Below, piece by piece: positions 1-9,155 of a stretch of DNA of 64,000 bases. The position numbers were made by a program, and so were the translations under genes. Position 1 is the first letter of the stretch; each line of letters starts with the position of its first letter. The notes beneath the pieces were generated by a model, which saw only the letters and a list, made by a program, of their open reading frames with translations, searched no databases and was not told the DNA's origin. The stretch lies in assembly GCA_030594645.1 (NCBI GenBank), contig JAUVEU010000001.1, forward strand, positions 81,405-145,404. The letters are read 5' to 3'. Source of the stretch: Candidatus Aegiribacteria sp. GTDB taxonomy: Bacteria > Fermentibacterota > Fermentibacteria > Fermentibacterales > JCC-6.

Positions 1-12
1 CAATGCTTGCCA

Positions 13-798
13 TCAGGAATCCTCCGTTCCGAGGAGGCTGTCAGCCATGAGCTTTGCAAGTTCTTCAGGCTCTCCATGATGTATCTGTCCATCGGTGAAA
101 GTTTCAGGAGTTGCTATGCTCACTACTCTGGTTGGTGAACCATCAAGCCCAACCTCTTCCTCAGAGAGTTCAAGATCATTTTTCCCCCATACGGGAATCT
201 CTATTTTTCTTGCTCTCATTTTTCCTTTGAGTGATGGAAGCCTCGGAGTGTTTGCATCCTTGAGAATGGTAACGACAACGGGAAGCGATGACTTGATCAC
301 TTCACTGCCGCCCTCAACGTATCGTTCAGCTATGATGTGTTTCCCGGTAAGCTCTCTTACCTTCCCTACAAAGGTTATCTGAGGCCAGTCCAGTGATGCC
401 GCGATACTGGGGCCGGTCTGGGCGGTATCACCATCAATTGCCTGTTTGCCGGTCATTACTATATCGATATCACCCATCTTTTCCACAGCCTTTGCAAGCG
501 TATGACTGGTTGCCCAGGTATCAGCTCCTGCAAATGCTCTGTCTGAAAGAAGTATGGCTTCATCAGCTCCCATGGAAACCGCTTCTCGAAGCACCACTTC
601 CGCCTGTGGAGGCCCCATTGAAACGACGATTACGGTTCCGCCCAGCTCATCCTTCCATCTGAAGGCTTCTTCGAGAGCATATTCATCAAACGGGTTGAGT
701 ATGGATGGAACTCCCTCACGGATGAGAGTGCCGCGTTCTTCATCAATCCTTACTTCAGAGGTATCCGGAACCTGCTTTACAGCAACAACTATCCGCAT
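13..798 (-). CDS. etfB: Electron transfer flavoprotein beta subunit. An etfA start (ATGGCAAGC...) overlaps its stop at 11-13 and runs off the window.
   Basis: The 261 aa translation has typical EtfB motifs (MRIVVAVKQVPD, AMP-binding region). It sits downstream of the acyl-CoA dehydrogenase. The TGA stop overlaps an ATG on the minus strand at positions 13..11. Confidence 0.9.
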   Translation of the reverse strand: MRIVVAVKQVPDTSEVRIDEERGTLIREGVPSILNPFDEYALEEAFRWKDELGGTVIVVSMGPPQAEVVLREAVSMGADEAILLSDRAFAGADTWATSHTLAKAVEKMGDIDIVMTGKQAIDGDTAQTGPSIAASLDWPQITFVGKVRELTGKHIIAERYVEGGSEVIKSSLPVVVTILKDANTPRLPSLKGKMRARKIEIPVWGKNDLELSEEEVGLDGSPTRVVSIATPETFTDGQIHHGEPEELAKLMADSLLGTEDS

Positions 799-800
799 GA

Positions 801-1973
801 CTATTTCCCCCTGGCCGCCGTTTCCTTGATAAGCGCGGAAGCAATTACGCTTCGCTGAATCTGGTTCGTACCTTCATATATCTGAGTGATCTTCGCGTCG
901 CGCATCATCTTTTCAACAGGATATTCCTTCATATAACCGTATCCGCCAAGAATCTGCACAGCATCGGTAGTAACCTTCATCGCGACATCGCTGGCGAATA
1001 CTTTTGCCATTGCGGATTCCTTGTCATACTTCTTTTCTCCTGCATCGATCATTCTTGCGACACTGTACGTGAGTGCCCTTGCCGCTTCAATCTGTGTGTC
1101 CATATCGGCAAGCATGAACTGTATTCCCTGAAAAGAATCAATCCTCTGACCGAACTGCTTTCTCTCGGAAGCATATCTCGCGGCTTCATCAAGAGCTCCC
1201 TGAGCTATACCGATTGCCTGTGCAGCAACACCGGGGCGCGATCTGTTGAGAGTCTTCATGGCTACGATGAAACCGTAGCCCTCTCTTGAAATTAGATTCT
1301 CCTCCGGAATTCTGCAGTCTTCGAATATCAACTCCCGTGTTGCGGAAGCCCTGATACCCATCTTATCTTCCTTCTTGCCGTAGGAAAAGCCTGGTGTTCC
1401 ATCCTCTACGATAAAGGCAGAAAGCCCCCTTGCGCCTCTGGAAGAGTCTGTCAGGGCAATAACAGTATAAATCTGTGCCTCTCCGCCATTGGTAATCCAC
1501 TGTTTCGTTCCGTTGAGAACGTAATGATCACCATCTTTAATTGCCTTTGTCCTCACTCCGCCAGCGTCACTACCGGCATCCGGCTCAGTAAGAGCAAATG
1601 CTGCAAGTTTTGCACCCGATACCAGATCGGGAAGGTATTTTTTCTTCTGTTCTTCGGAACCGAAAATCATAATCGGCATCGCGCCAAGAGCATTAGCCGC
1701 AAAAGACAGGGCAATACCGCCACATGCTTTGCTGAGTTCCTCCGTAGCGATACATAACGCCATTGAACCGCCACCGAACATTTCAGCAGAACCACCGTAT
1801 TCTTCGGAGATGTAGATCCCGTGCAAACCGCCGTCAGACATAGCCTTCACTATCTCCCTTGGGAAGCGGTTCTCCTCATCAAGCAGGGCTCTGACCGGAA
1901 TGATATGCTTCTCAGCAATCCCGGCACAGATTTCTTTAATATCATTCAGTTCCTCAGAAAGGTAATAATTCAC
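801..1973 (-). CDS. Acyl-CoA dehydrogenase (butyryl-CoA dehydrogenase-like).
   Basis: ACAD family motifs are present (TEPDAGSD, GGYGY..EYPVEK, QIYEGTNQIQR). The longest ORF would run to 2075 but would overlap rnc. A GTG at 1973..1971 with a GAGAGGA Shine-Dalgarno site lies immediately after the rnc TGA stop, and the product then starts MNYYLSEEL, typical of ACADs. Confidence 0.85.
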   Translation of the reverse strand: MNYYLSEELNDIKEICAGIAEKHIIPVRALLDEENRFPREIVKAMSDGGLHGIYISEEYGGSAEMFGGGSMALCIATEELSKACGGIALSFAANALGAMPIMIFGSEEQKKKYLPDLVSGAKLAAFALTEPDAGSDAGGVRTKAIKDGDHYVLNGTKQWITNGGEAQIYTVIALTDSSRGARGLSAFIVEDGTPGFSYGKKEDKMGIRASATRELIFEDCRIPEENLISREGYGFIVAMKTLNRSRPGVAAQAIGIAQGALDEAARYASERKQFGQRIDSFQGIQFMLADMDTQIEAARALTYSVARMIDAGEKKYDKESAMAKVFASDVAMKVTTDAVQILGGYGYMKEYPVEKMMRDAKITQIYEGTNQIQRSVIASALIKETAARGK

Positions 1974-1974
1974 T

Positions 1975-2658
1975 TCAAACCATCCTCTCAATATTTTCAA
2001 TCGCTCTGGCAGCTGCCGCTTCGCGGGCTGCCTTGCGGGTTCGGCCGATACCCTGGCCAACCTCTGTTCCATCAATAATGACCGAAATAGCGAACACAGG
2101 ATTATGATCCGGTCCTGTGCTGGAAACCAGTCTGTATTCAGGGAGTGTCAGCCCTTTTGCCTGGCAATACTCCTGCAGAGCGCTCCTTGCGTCAGGCAAA
2201 GGATCGGTATCCGAATATTTCTGTAAAATCTCCCTATATAGAAATTCCTCTGCTGCCTTCAGACCTGAGTCCAGATAGATCGCCCCGATAACTGCCTCCA
2301 GAGCATCTGCTGCAATAGTATCGATTGCCCCTTCAGATGCGTCAAATCCGCTTCCAACCTGCACAAAATCGTTCAATCCGAGCCTTAGTCCGTGTCTGGC
2401 CAGATTCTGTTTCATGACAATTCTGATTTTCCTCCGGGTCAGGTGTCCTTCAGGCTCCTGAGGGTATTCAGCCATAAGGTACTCTCTGGTGACCAGTTCA
2501 AGTACCGCATCACCAAGAAACTCCAATCTTTCATAATTGTCTCCGGAGCTGATACCTTCAGTACAGGAACTGTGTGTAAGCGCTTTATCGAGAAGGTCCG
2601 GATTGCTGAACCTGTATCCCAGAGTTTTTTCCACCTCAGATACCGGATGCCCGGTCAT
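1975..2658 (-). CDS. rnc: Ribonuclease III.
   Basis: The RNase III signature ERLEFLGDAVL is present, with a dsRBD at the C-terminus. Length is 227 aa. Confidence 0.9.
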   Translation of the reverse strand: MTGHPVSEVEKTLGYRFSNPDLLDKALTHSSCTEGISSGDNYERLEFLGDAVLELVTREYLMAEYPQEPEGHLTRRKIRIVMKQNLARHGLRLGLNDFVQVGSGFDASEGAIDTIAADALEAVIGAIYLDSGLKAAEEFLYREILQKYSDTDPLPDARSALQEYCQAKGLTLPEYRLVSSTGPDHNPVFAISVIIDGTEVGQGIGRTRKAAREAAAARAIENIERMV

Positions 2659-2662
2659 TGGA

Positions 2663-3907
2663 TTATTCCCCCATGTACTTCTTCAGGGTAAGTGTAACGT
2701 TATGTCCACCGAAACCAAGCGAATTGGAAAGCGCATAGGTCAGTTCGGCTTTTCTGGCTTTACCCGGTACATAGTCCAGATCACATCCTTCATCAGGATT
2801 AATAAGAGTCGCGGTGGGAGGTACAATTCCATCCCTCAGAGCAAAAGACGTGAATATTGCCTCTATAGCACCGGCAGCACCAAGCATGTGTCCAGTAACT
2901 GATTTGGTCGAAGAAACCATTATTCTTTTTGCTATTTCCTCACCAAGAGCCGCTTTTATCGCCATTGTCTCGTTTATGTCGTTAAGCTTTGTGGATGTTC
3001 CATGGGCATTGATGTAATCAACCTGTTCAGGTACTATCCCGGCATCTTCCATGGCAAGTTTCATGGCTCTGGCTGAGCCCTCACCGCCCTCGGCGGGAGC
3101 TGTTATATGGTAAGCGTCACAGGTCATTCCCGATCCTGCAAGTTCAGCATAAATCTCAGCTCCTCTGTTCAGGGCATGCTCCAAATCTTCAAGGATCACA
3201 ACAGCACCACCCTCAGCAATGACAAATCCATCTCTATCCCGATCAAACGGTCTTGACGAGGTTTCAGGGTCATCATTGCGGGTTGACAGCGCTTTGAGAG
3301 CACAGAATCCACCGACTCCGGTAAGAGTCATCGGGGCTTCCGATCCTCCCGCAAGTATCGCGTCAGCCCTGCCGAGTCTGATCATATCTGCGGCGATAGC
3401 AATAGCGTGTCCACTTGAAGCGCAGGCGGTTACTGTGGCAAAATTCAAACCTTTGGCTCCAATATCAATGCCGACTCTTCCAGCCGCGATATTACTGATC
3501 ATCATCGGACAGAAGAATGGATTGATTCGTCTTACTCCCCGCTCCATAGCAACTTTATGCTCTCGTTCAAGTGTAGTGATTCCACCTATGCCCGAACCGA
3601 CAATTACACCAAGCCTTTCAGGGGAGATGTTTCCCTCAAGCCCTGAATCAGCGAATGCTTCTCTGGATGCGATCATGGCAAACTGGGTATATCTATCTGT
3701 TCTTTTTGCAAGTTTAGGGTCTAAATAATCAAGAGGATCGAAATTCTTTACTTCTCCAGCGATTTGACTGGGGAATTCTTCCGGATCAACAAGGGTCATT
3801 CTTCTAACCCCGCTGCGTCCGGCCAGGACGTTCTTCCAGCTTTCAGGAACTGCCAGACCAACAGGACTGATAGCGCCAACACCAGTAATCACAATACGTT
3901 TCCTCAT
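2663..3907 (-). CDS. fabF: Beta-ketoacyl-ACP synthase II.
   Basis: 414 aa. It shows the KAS II N-terminus (MRKRIVITGVGAISPVG) and an active-site Cys region (ATVTACASSGHAIA), with HGTSTKLND and GHMLGAAG motifs. Confidence 0.92.
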   Translation of the reverse strand: MRKRIVITGVGAISPVGLAVPESWKNVLAGRSGVRRMTLVDPEEFPSQIAGEVKNFDPLDYLDPKLAKRTDRYTQFAMIASREAFADSGLEGNISPERLGVIVGSGIGGITTLEREHKVAMERGVRRINPFFCPMMISNIAAGRVGIDIGAKGLNFATVTACASSGHAIAIAADMIRLGRADAILAGGSEAPMTLTGVGGFCALKALSTRNDDPETSSRPFDRDRDGFVIAEGGAVVILEDLEHALNRGAEIYAELAGSGMTCDAYHITAPAEGGEGSARAMKLAMEDAGIVPEQVDYINAHGTSTKLNDINETMAIKAALGEEIAKRIMVSSTKSVTGHMLGAAGAIEAIFTSFALRDGIVPPTATLINPDEGCDLDYVPGKARKAELTYALSNSLGFGGHNVTLTLKKYMGE

Positions 3908-3968
3908 AGAATTCGTCCCCTGTTCTTATACCGTTCTGAACAGAACCAGTCTATTTACAGTACCGCAC

Positions 3969-3997
3969 CGCAGTAAACATTTTCCTGCGGTGCGCAC
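3969..3997 (-). promoter_or_regulatory. Stem-loop between acpP and fabF (GCACCGCAG-loop-CTGCGGTGC), a possible partial terminator or attenuator.
   Basis: A 9 bp perfect inverted repeat with an 11 nt loop lies directly 3' of the acpP stop. No U-tract follows it. The position matches the acpP-fabF attenuator known in other bacteria. Confidence 0.3.
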
Positions 3998-4018
3998 CGT
4001 GCGAATAAAGCAGTTCCT

Positions 4019-4255
4019 TTAATCGAGACCCTTTTCCTTGAGATAATTCACTACCTTACCAACCGTAGTAAGCTTGGTCGCTTCATCTTCATCGATCCTG
4101 AGTCCGAAAGCATCTTCGAATCCCATTATAAGTTCGTACTGATCAATGGAATCCGCACCGAGGTCCGTATCAAACTGAGCTTCAGGTGTTACCTGCTCAG
4201 GTTTTACACCAAGCTTGTCAATTATGATTTCAGCCACACGGTTTTCAAGTGACAT
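4019..4255 (-). CDS. acpP: Acyl carrier protein.
   Basis: 78 aa. The phosphopantetheine attachment motif is present (LGADSID), and the protein is acidic. Confidence 0.92.
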   Translation of the reverse strand: MSLENRVAEIIIDKLGVKPEQVTPEAQFDTDLGADSIDQYELIMGFEDAFGLRIDEDEATKLTTVGKVVNYLKEKGLD

Positions 4256-4268
4256 ATTTTGTCCTTTC

Positions 4269-4991
4269 TCAGGTTGTCAATCCACCATCTACAGGAAGTA
4301 CTACCCCGGTAATATATGCGGAAACGTCATCAAGAAGAAAATGCACCGCATCCGCAACATTACCCGGCAATCCCATTCTCTTCATGGGAACTCTGCTGGA
4401 ATAGTCCTCCCGAACCCCATCCGAAAGCTCACTCGTCATTTCTGTCTCGATGAATCCTGGAACAATTGCGTTCACGCGGATATTCCGTGCCGCGAATTCG
4501 CGACATAAAGCTCTGGTCATGCCGATAAGTCCTGCTTTGGTAGATGCGTAATTCGCCTGTCCGGCAGCTCCCAGTAATGCCACAACAGATGAAATATTAA
4601 CAATCGATCCTGCCTTCTGACGCAGCATTCCACGGGAAAAAGCCCGGCACATCAAAAAAGCACCTGTGAGATTTACATTCAGAACAGTATCCCAGTCAGA
4701 TTTTTTCATTCGCATAATAAGACCATCACGGGTGATTCCTGCATTGTTCACCAGGCCGAATACAGGGCCGAGTTCTTTCTCGATCCTGCCTGCGGTATCA
4801 TTTACAGCATCTTCATCTGTAATATCGAGTACGCAGGGAGTGAATAAATCGCCAAGCCGTTCTGATGCCAGGTTCAGATTGTCCTCAAGAATATCACAGC
4901 CTGCCACTGACCATCCGGAGTTGACAAGCTTTTCTGAAATCGAGAAACCAATACCCCTGGCAGCACCTGTTACTACAACCAGTCTGTTCAC
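4269..4991 (-). CDS. fabG: 3-oxoacyl-ACP reductase (SDR family).
   Basis: 240 aa with a TGAARGIG Rossmann motif and a Y/K catalytic pattern (NYASTKAG). It lies in the fab cluster. Confidence 0.9.
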   Translation of the reverse strand: MNRLVVVTGAARGIGFSISEKLVNSGWSVAGCDILEDNLNLASERLGDLFTPCVLDITDEDAVNDTAGRIEKELGPVFGLVNNAGITRDGLIMRMKKSDWDTVLNVNLTGAFLMCRAFSRGMLRQKAGSIVNISSVVALLGAAGQANYASTKAGLIGMTRALCREFAARNIRVNAIVPGFIETEMTSELSDGVREDYSSRVPMKRMGLPGNVADAVHFLLDDVSAYITGVVLPVDGGLTT

Positions 4992-5001
4992 TGTACCCCC
5001 C

Positions 5002-5991
5002 TCATTCTTCCCAGTGCAGTATCATTCCACCCCAGGTCAGCCCCGCACCAAAAGCAGCAAGCACAACCGTGTTAGGAGTGCTGATTGTTCCATCTCTCAT
5101 AGCTTCATCGAGTGCCATAGGGATGGAAGCCGCGGATGTGTTGCCGTATTTCTGGATATTTATGTAAACCTGTTCGGGTCTGAGTTCAAGAGCCCTTGCT
5201 GTTGCGTCTATAATCCTGAGATTCGCCTGGTGCGAAATGAGAAGATCAACATCTTTCTTTTCTGTGCCATCTTTCTCGAGAGCTTTCATACACGAATCAC
5301 GCATTGCTCTTACTGCATGCTTGAATATTCTGGAACCATCCATGTGAATCGTGTGTTCGATAAGGTCAACCGTCTCGTGAGAAGCTGGTTTTCTGGCTCC
5401 ACCCCCCGGTTGAATGAGATGCTTCCCCAGTGAACCGTCACTGCCCCAGTGCCACCCACCCAGTCTTCCGCCTGGTCCTTCCGATGACACGGCTACCGCT
5501 CCGGCTCCGTCACCAAAGAGAATACAGCTGGTGCGGTCGCTCCAGTTTGTAATTTTTGTCAGACAATCGGCACCTACCACTATAATCCTGTCCAGTATTC
5601 CGGATTCGATAAATGCTTTCGCCTGAACAAGACCGTAGATAAACGCGGTGCATCCTGCTTCAAAATCGTAAGCCGGTACTGCACCGATACCAAGCCTGTC
5701 AGCCACAAGCGCAGCAGTTGACGGGAAGTAAAAATCCGGTGTTACTGTACCAACAATAATGCCCTGTACATCCTCGGGATTCCAGCCGGCATCCTTCATA
5801 GCTCTTTCAACGGCAACTGCTACAAGGTCCGATGTAGCAGTATCGTCATCTGTTTTCCTTCGTTCTTTAATTCCGGTCCTGGTCGTAATCCATTCATCTG
5901 TAGTGTCAACGATCTTCTCAAGATCGGCATTTGTCAGCACTCCATCAGGCACTTTATGACCAGTTCCAACGATATAGGCGTTCCTACTCAC
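5002..5991 (-). CDS. fabH: Beta-ketoacyl-ACP synthase III.
   Basis: FabH motifs are present (active Cys in DFEAGCTAF, HQANLRII, AAFGAGLTWG). The start is called at GTG 5991..5989 with a GGAGA Shine-Dalgarno site just after the plsX stop. The longer ORF to 6081 would overlap plsX. Confidence 0.88.
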   Translation of the reverse strand: MSRNAYIVGTGHKVPDGVLTNADLEKIVDTTDEWITTRTGIKERRKTDDDTATSDLVAVAVERAMKDAGWNPEDVQGIIVGTVTPDFYFPSTAALVADRLGIGAVPAYDFEAGCTAFIYGLVQAKAFIESGILDRIIVVGADCLTKITNWSDRTSCILFGDGAGAVAVSSEGPGGRLGGWHWGSDGSLGKHLIQPGGGARKPASHETVDLIEHTIHMDGSRIFKHAVRAMRDSCMKALEKDGTEKKDVDLLISHQANLRIIDATARALELRPEQVYINIQKYGNTSAASIPMALDEAMRDGTISTPNTVVLAAFGAGLTWGGMILHWEE

Positions 5992-6004
5992 TATTTCTCC
6001 AATC

Positions 6005-7030
6005 TCACGACATCGTATCTTGAATTTCCTTTTGAATCCGTTCTTTGACCCCGCTCCGACAAAAATCGCAGGAAGCAACAATGGCGTTCTTTATTGCCTT
6101 TGAACTGCTGCTTCCGTGAGCTACAATTGATACTCCATTAAGACCAAGGAGGGGAGCCCCGCCATATTCAGCGGAGTCCAGTCTCTCCCAGAGTTTTGAA
6201 AAGGAATGCCGCATAAGAAGGTAACCGGCTCTTGAGGCCCAGTGACGTTTCATTTCCAGGTAAAGAGATCCTCCAACAAGGTCTGCAATGGACTCAAAGG
6301 TTTTAAGGAGAACATTACCAACAAACCCGTCACATACTACAACGTCAGCTTCTCCTTTTAAAATTCCGTCGCCTTCTATATATCCCTGAAAATTCAACTT
6401 CGAAACAGCCAGCATTTCATGTACTTCCTGAATAATCGCAGGACCCTTTGATTTCTCCGTCCCGACATTCAGGAGAGTTATTCTGGGACTGTCAATTCCG
6501 AATACACATCTTGAATAGGCATCTCCCATAAGCGCAAATTGAAGAAGCTGCTCTGATTTGCACCCGATATTTGCCCCTACATCCAGTACGACTGTCGGAT
6601 TATTCTGGCTGGGGAGTGAAGCAGCAATTGCCGGACGGGGAACCCCCTTTATTCTTCCGAGAGCAAAAAGACTTGCAGCCATCATTGCGCCGGTATTACC
6701 CGCACTGACCATTGCCTGCACAAGCCCCTTTTTCTGGAGTCCAGCCATTACAAGCATTGAACTGTCCGGCTTATTCTTAAGGGATTCAGCCGGATGATCA
6801 TCCATTGTAATAACCTGAGAGGCATGCTGAATTGATATTGGAAGCCGAGCACCTCCCCTGCGGGAAAGCAACCTTGCAAGCAAATCTCTGTCTCCTACGA
6901 GAATCAGGGATACCTTCTCAGTAACCAGACGGTGGCATTCCCTGAAAAACAATACTGCTCCGTCAACTACTACAGAAGGTCCGTTGTCTCCCCCCATAGC
7001 ATCAATCGCGATGGTAAGTGCATCAGGCAC
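6005..7030 (-). CDS. plsX: Phosphate acyltransferase PlsX.
   Basis: 341 aa. The PlsX N-terminus (IAIDAMGGDNGP) is present, and the gene sits between rpmF and fabH as in the canonical cluster. Confidence 0.9.
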   Translation of the reverse strand: MPDALTIAIDAMGGDNGPSVVVDGAVLFFRECHRLVTEKVSLILVGDRDLLARLLSRRGGARLPISIQHASQVITMDDHPAESLKNKPDSSMLVMAGLQKKGLVQAMVSAGNTGAMMAASLFALGRIKGVPRPAIAASLPSQNNPTVVLDVGANIGCKSEQLLQFALMGDAYSRCVFGIDSPRITLLNVGTEKSKGPAIIQEVHEMLAVSKLNFQGYIEGDGILKGEADVVVCDGFVGNVLLKTFESIADLVGGSLYLEMKRHWASRAGYLLMRHSFSKLWERLDSAEYGGAPLLGLNGVSIVAHGSSSSKAIKNAIVASCDFCRSGVKERIQKEIQDTMS

Positions 7031-7069
7031 GGAGAAATTCCCGGGTTCCGGAAAAGATACTGCAGATGA

Positions 7070-7252
7070 TTACTTCTCCTCCGGCTCTATAACCTGTCTG
7101 CCATCATAGAATCCACAATGTTTACATACTCTGTGCGGAAGTCTTGGTTCACCGCATTGAGGACAATTGCTTGTTGATTTAGCTTTAAGAGCGTCGTTAG
7201 CCCTGCGTTTATCTCGTCTGGTTGATGAATGTCTTCTTTTAGGTACTGGCAT
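7070..7252 (-). CDS. rpmF: 50S ribosomal protein L32.
   Basis: 60 aa, starting MPVPKRRHS..., with a CxxC...CxxC zinc ribbon. Confidence 0.9.
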   Translation of the reverse strand: MPVPKRRHSSTRRDKRRANDALKAKSTSNCPQCGEPRLPHRVCKHCGFYDGRQVIEPEEK

Positions 7253-7329
7253 TGTTCCTTCTCTTTCACTGCATTAACAGGGTGTAACTGTCTTCATGTA
7301 CAAAAAATGTTCGACTTTACAAAGTATAC

Positions 7330-7758
7330 TTAAATATAACTAATTCCACGGCAGTCCGGTGTACAGAGCGGCTTCCCCGGAATTGATAAAAGTATGGCTT
7401 CTCTGACAGCATCAAGAATACTGAATCCTCCCCCCAGAATAACGGGTTCCGAGTCTAAATCATCAGAGATACTTTCGTCCCATGAATAGACTCTGTAAAT
7501 TTCCTCGGTAATCGGAAAACTCACTTCTTCAAGGCACCTCGCACAGGGCAAAACAAATACCGCATCCAGAATACCGCGACATATGATACCCCTATCCTCC
7601 AGATCAACTTCCAGATCAATGAATGCCTGACCATCCCCCGGTTTTACATTTTCTATGTCCCAGTCAATCTCCCTGAGTGAAAGTTCAAATATCCCCTTAT
7701 TGATCCCGTGAGATAGACTTTTCATGTTGATGGTCAGTGAAACCGTATCCATCTTCAT
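7330..7758 (-). CDS. yceD: YceD/DUF177 family protein (large-subunit rRNA accumulation protein).
   Basis: 142 aa. It lies immediately upstream of rpmF, which is the conserved yceD-rpmF-plsX arrangement. There is a C-terminal Cys pair (CARCLEEV...CTPDC). Confidence 0.8.
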   Translation of the reverse strand: MKMDTVSLTINMKSLSHGINKGIFELSLREIDWDIENVKPGDGQAFIDLEVDLEDRGIICRGILDAVFVLPCARCLEEVSFPITEEIYRVYSWDESISDDLDSEPVILGGGFSILDAVREAILLSIPGKPLCTPDCRGISYI

Positions 7759-9155
7759 TGAGTGTCGCTCTGTATATCTGTGTTCTCAATCACTGTGTTT
7801 AACAGCCTGTCTCTTTCAACCGGTGTATTAGCTTGAGCATATATTCTTGCAAGCGGCTCAGTTCCGCTTAATCTTAAAAGAACCCAGCTGTCGTTCTCAA
7901 GGAGAAATCTGACACCATCAGTATGGTCAACTGATAAGACGGAACTGCCCGCGATTTTTGAAGGAATCGATTCGAAGAAATTCTCAATCAGAAATTCTCT
8001 CAGCCGATCATCAAGCTGCAGATCAATTCTTGAAACGTGTACTCTGCCGTACCTGAGCCAGAGTTCCTCAAGCTGTGCGGCCAGCCCCTTTCCTCTGGCA
8101 CATACCATTTCAGCTGCCAGAAGGCAGGCCAGAACACCATCCTTCTCAGGGATATGACCTTTTATTGACAACCCGCCGCTTTCTTCTCCTGCTAGAATAA
8201 CATCAGTTTCAAGCATTCTGCCACCAAGATACTTGAATCCAACAGGAGTAACCTCAATCTCCAGGTTGTGAGCATGAGCGACTCTGTCAATAAGGCTTCC
8301 AGTTGTGACTGATCTAAGTACAAGACCCTTCATTTCCTTCTTCTCGATCAGATATTCCAGAAGTAACGGTAAGAAATCATGAGGGGAAACGAAGCATCCA
8401 TTTTCATCGATAAGTCCGAAGCGATCAGCATCACCATCCGTCGCAATTCCCAGAGACGCGCCACTCTTAATAACCTGTGAAGCAAGATCGACCGTTCCGG
8501 TTATCCCAGGCTCAGGGTGCTGCCGTCCGGCAAATAGCGGATCACGCTTCCCGTTAATGACTCTTACTGCTGCTCCAAGATCAACCAGTATTCGATCAAG
8601 AAGTCCGGAACCGGCTCCGGAAAAGGCATCGTAAACAACCCTCAGACCGCCCTGCCGAAAAACATCTTCATCAAGGTAGTCCAGAATCGTTCCCGTATAA
8701 GCTCGCAGTAAATCATCAGTCGATACCGACCCTGTTGCACTGGAGGGTCGGACTTCTGTCTCAATCAGCTCCTCGATCACACTGGTAGTCTTATCTCCTG
8801 CGGGTCCACCATGCGAGGGAGAAAATTTAATACCGTTATACAATGGTGGATTGTGGCTTGCAGTAAAGTTTATTACACCGCCATGTCCGCCAAGTCTGCA
8901 TTCGTGAGAGAGAACTGGAGTGGGTGTGGGACGATCGGCAAGCACTACATGAAAACCATATTCTGACATTCGCAAGGCTGTGGATTCTGCAAGTTCAGGT
9001 GAAAGAAAACGGCAGTCCCCACCTACAACAATACTTGTATGCCCCTCCCGCTGCAGAAGAACCGCTATTGCGTCAGCGACACGGTTTACTTTTTCCCATG
9101 TAAACTCCTTCGCAATAACTCCCCGCCACCCTGAAGTACCGAATTTTATCTTCAC
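7755..9155 (-). CDS. Phosphoglucomutase/phosphomannomutase (alpha-D-phosphohexomutase family).
   Basis: 466 aa. It carries the GTSGWRG N-terminus, the TASHNP active-site serine loop and a GDGDADR metal-binding loop. Confidence 0.85.
   Translation of the reverse strand: MKIKFGTSGWRGVIAKEFTWEKVNRVADAIAVLLQREGHTSIVVGGDCRFLSPELAESTALRMSEYGFHVVLADRPTPTPVLSHECRLGGHGGVINFTASHNPPLYNGIKFSPSHGGPAGDKTTSVIEELIETEVRPSSATGSVSTDDLLRAYTGTILDYLDEDVFRQGGLRVVYDAFSGAGSGLLDRILVDLGAAVRVINGKRDPLFAGRQHPEPGITGTVDLASQVIKSGASLGIATDGDADRFGLIDENGCFVSPHDFLPLLLEYLIEKKEMKGLVLRSVTTGSLIDRVAHAHNLEIEVTPVGFKYLGGRMLETDVILAGEESGGLSIKGHIPEKDGVLACLLAAEMVCARGKGLAAQLEELWLRYGRVHVSRIDLQLDDRLREFLIENFFESIPSKIAGSSVLSVDHTDGVRFLLENDSWVLLRLSGTEPLARIYAQANTPVERDRLLNTVIENTDIQSDTQ

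Noticed and set aside
95-829. Plus-strand ORFs (95..382, 393..662, 554..829) that are antisense to etfB.
   Set aside because: They lie entirely within a well-supported minus-strand gene, and their translations are low-complexity with no homology-like features. They are typical antisense frame artefacts.
7087-7269. A 60 aa minus-strand ORF overlapping rpmF in another frame.
   Set aside because: rpmF (L32) is unambiguous. The alternative frame has no support.
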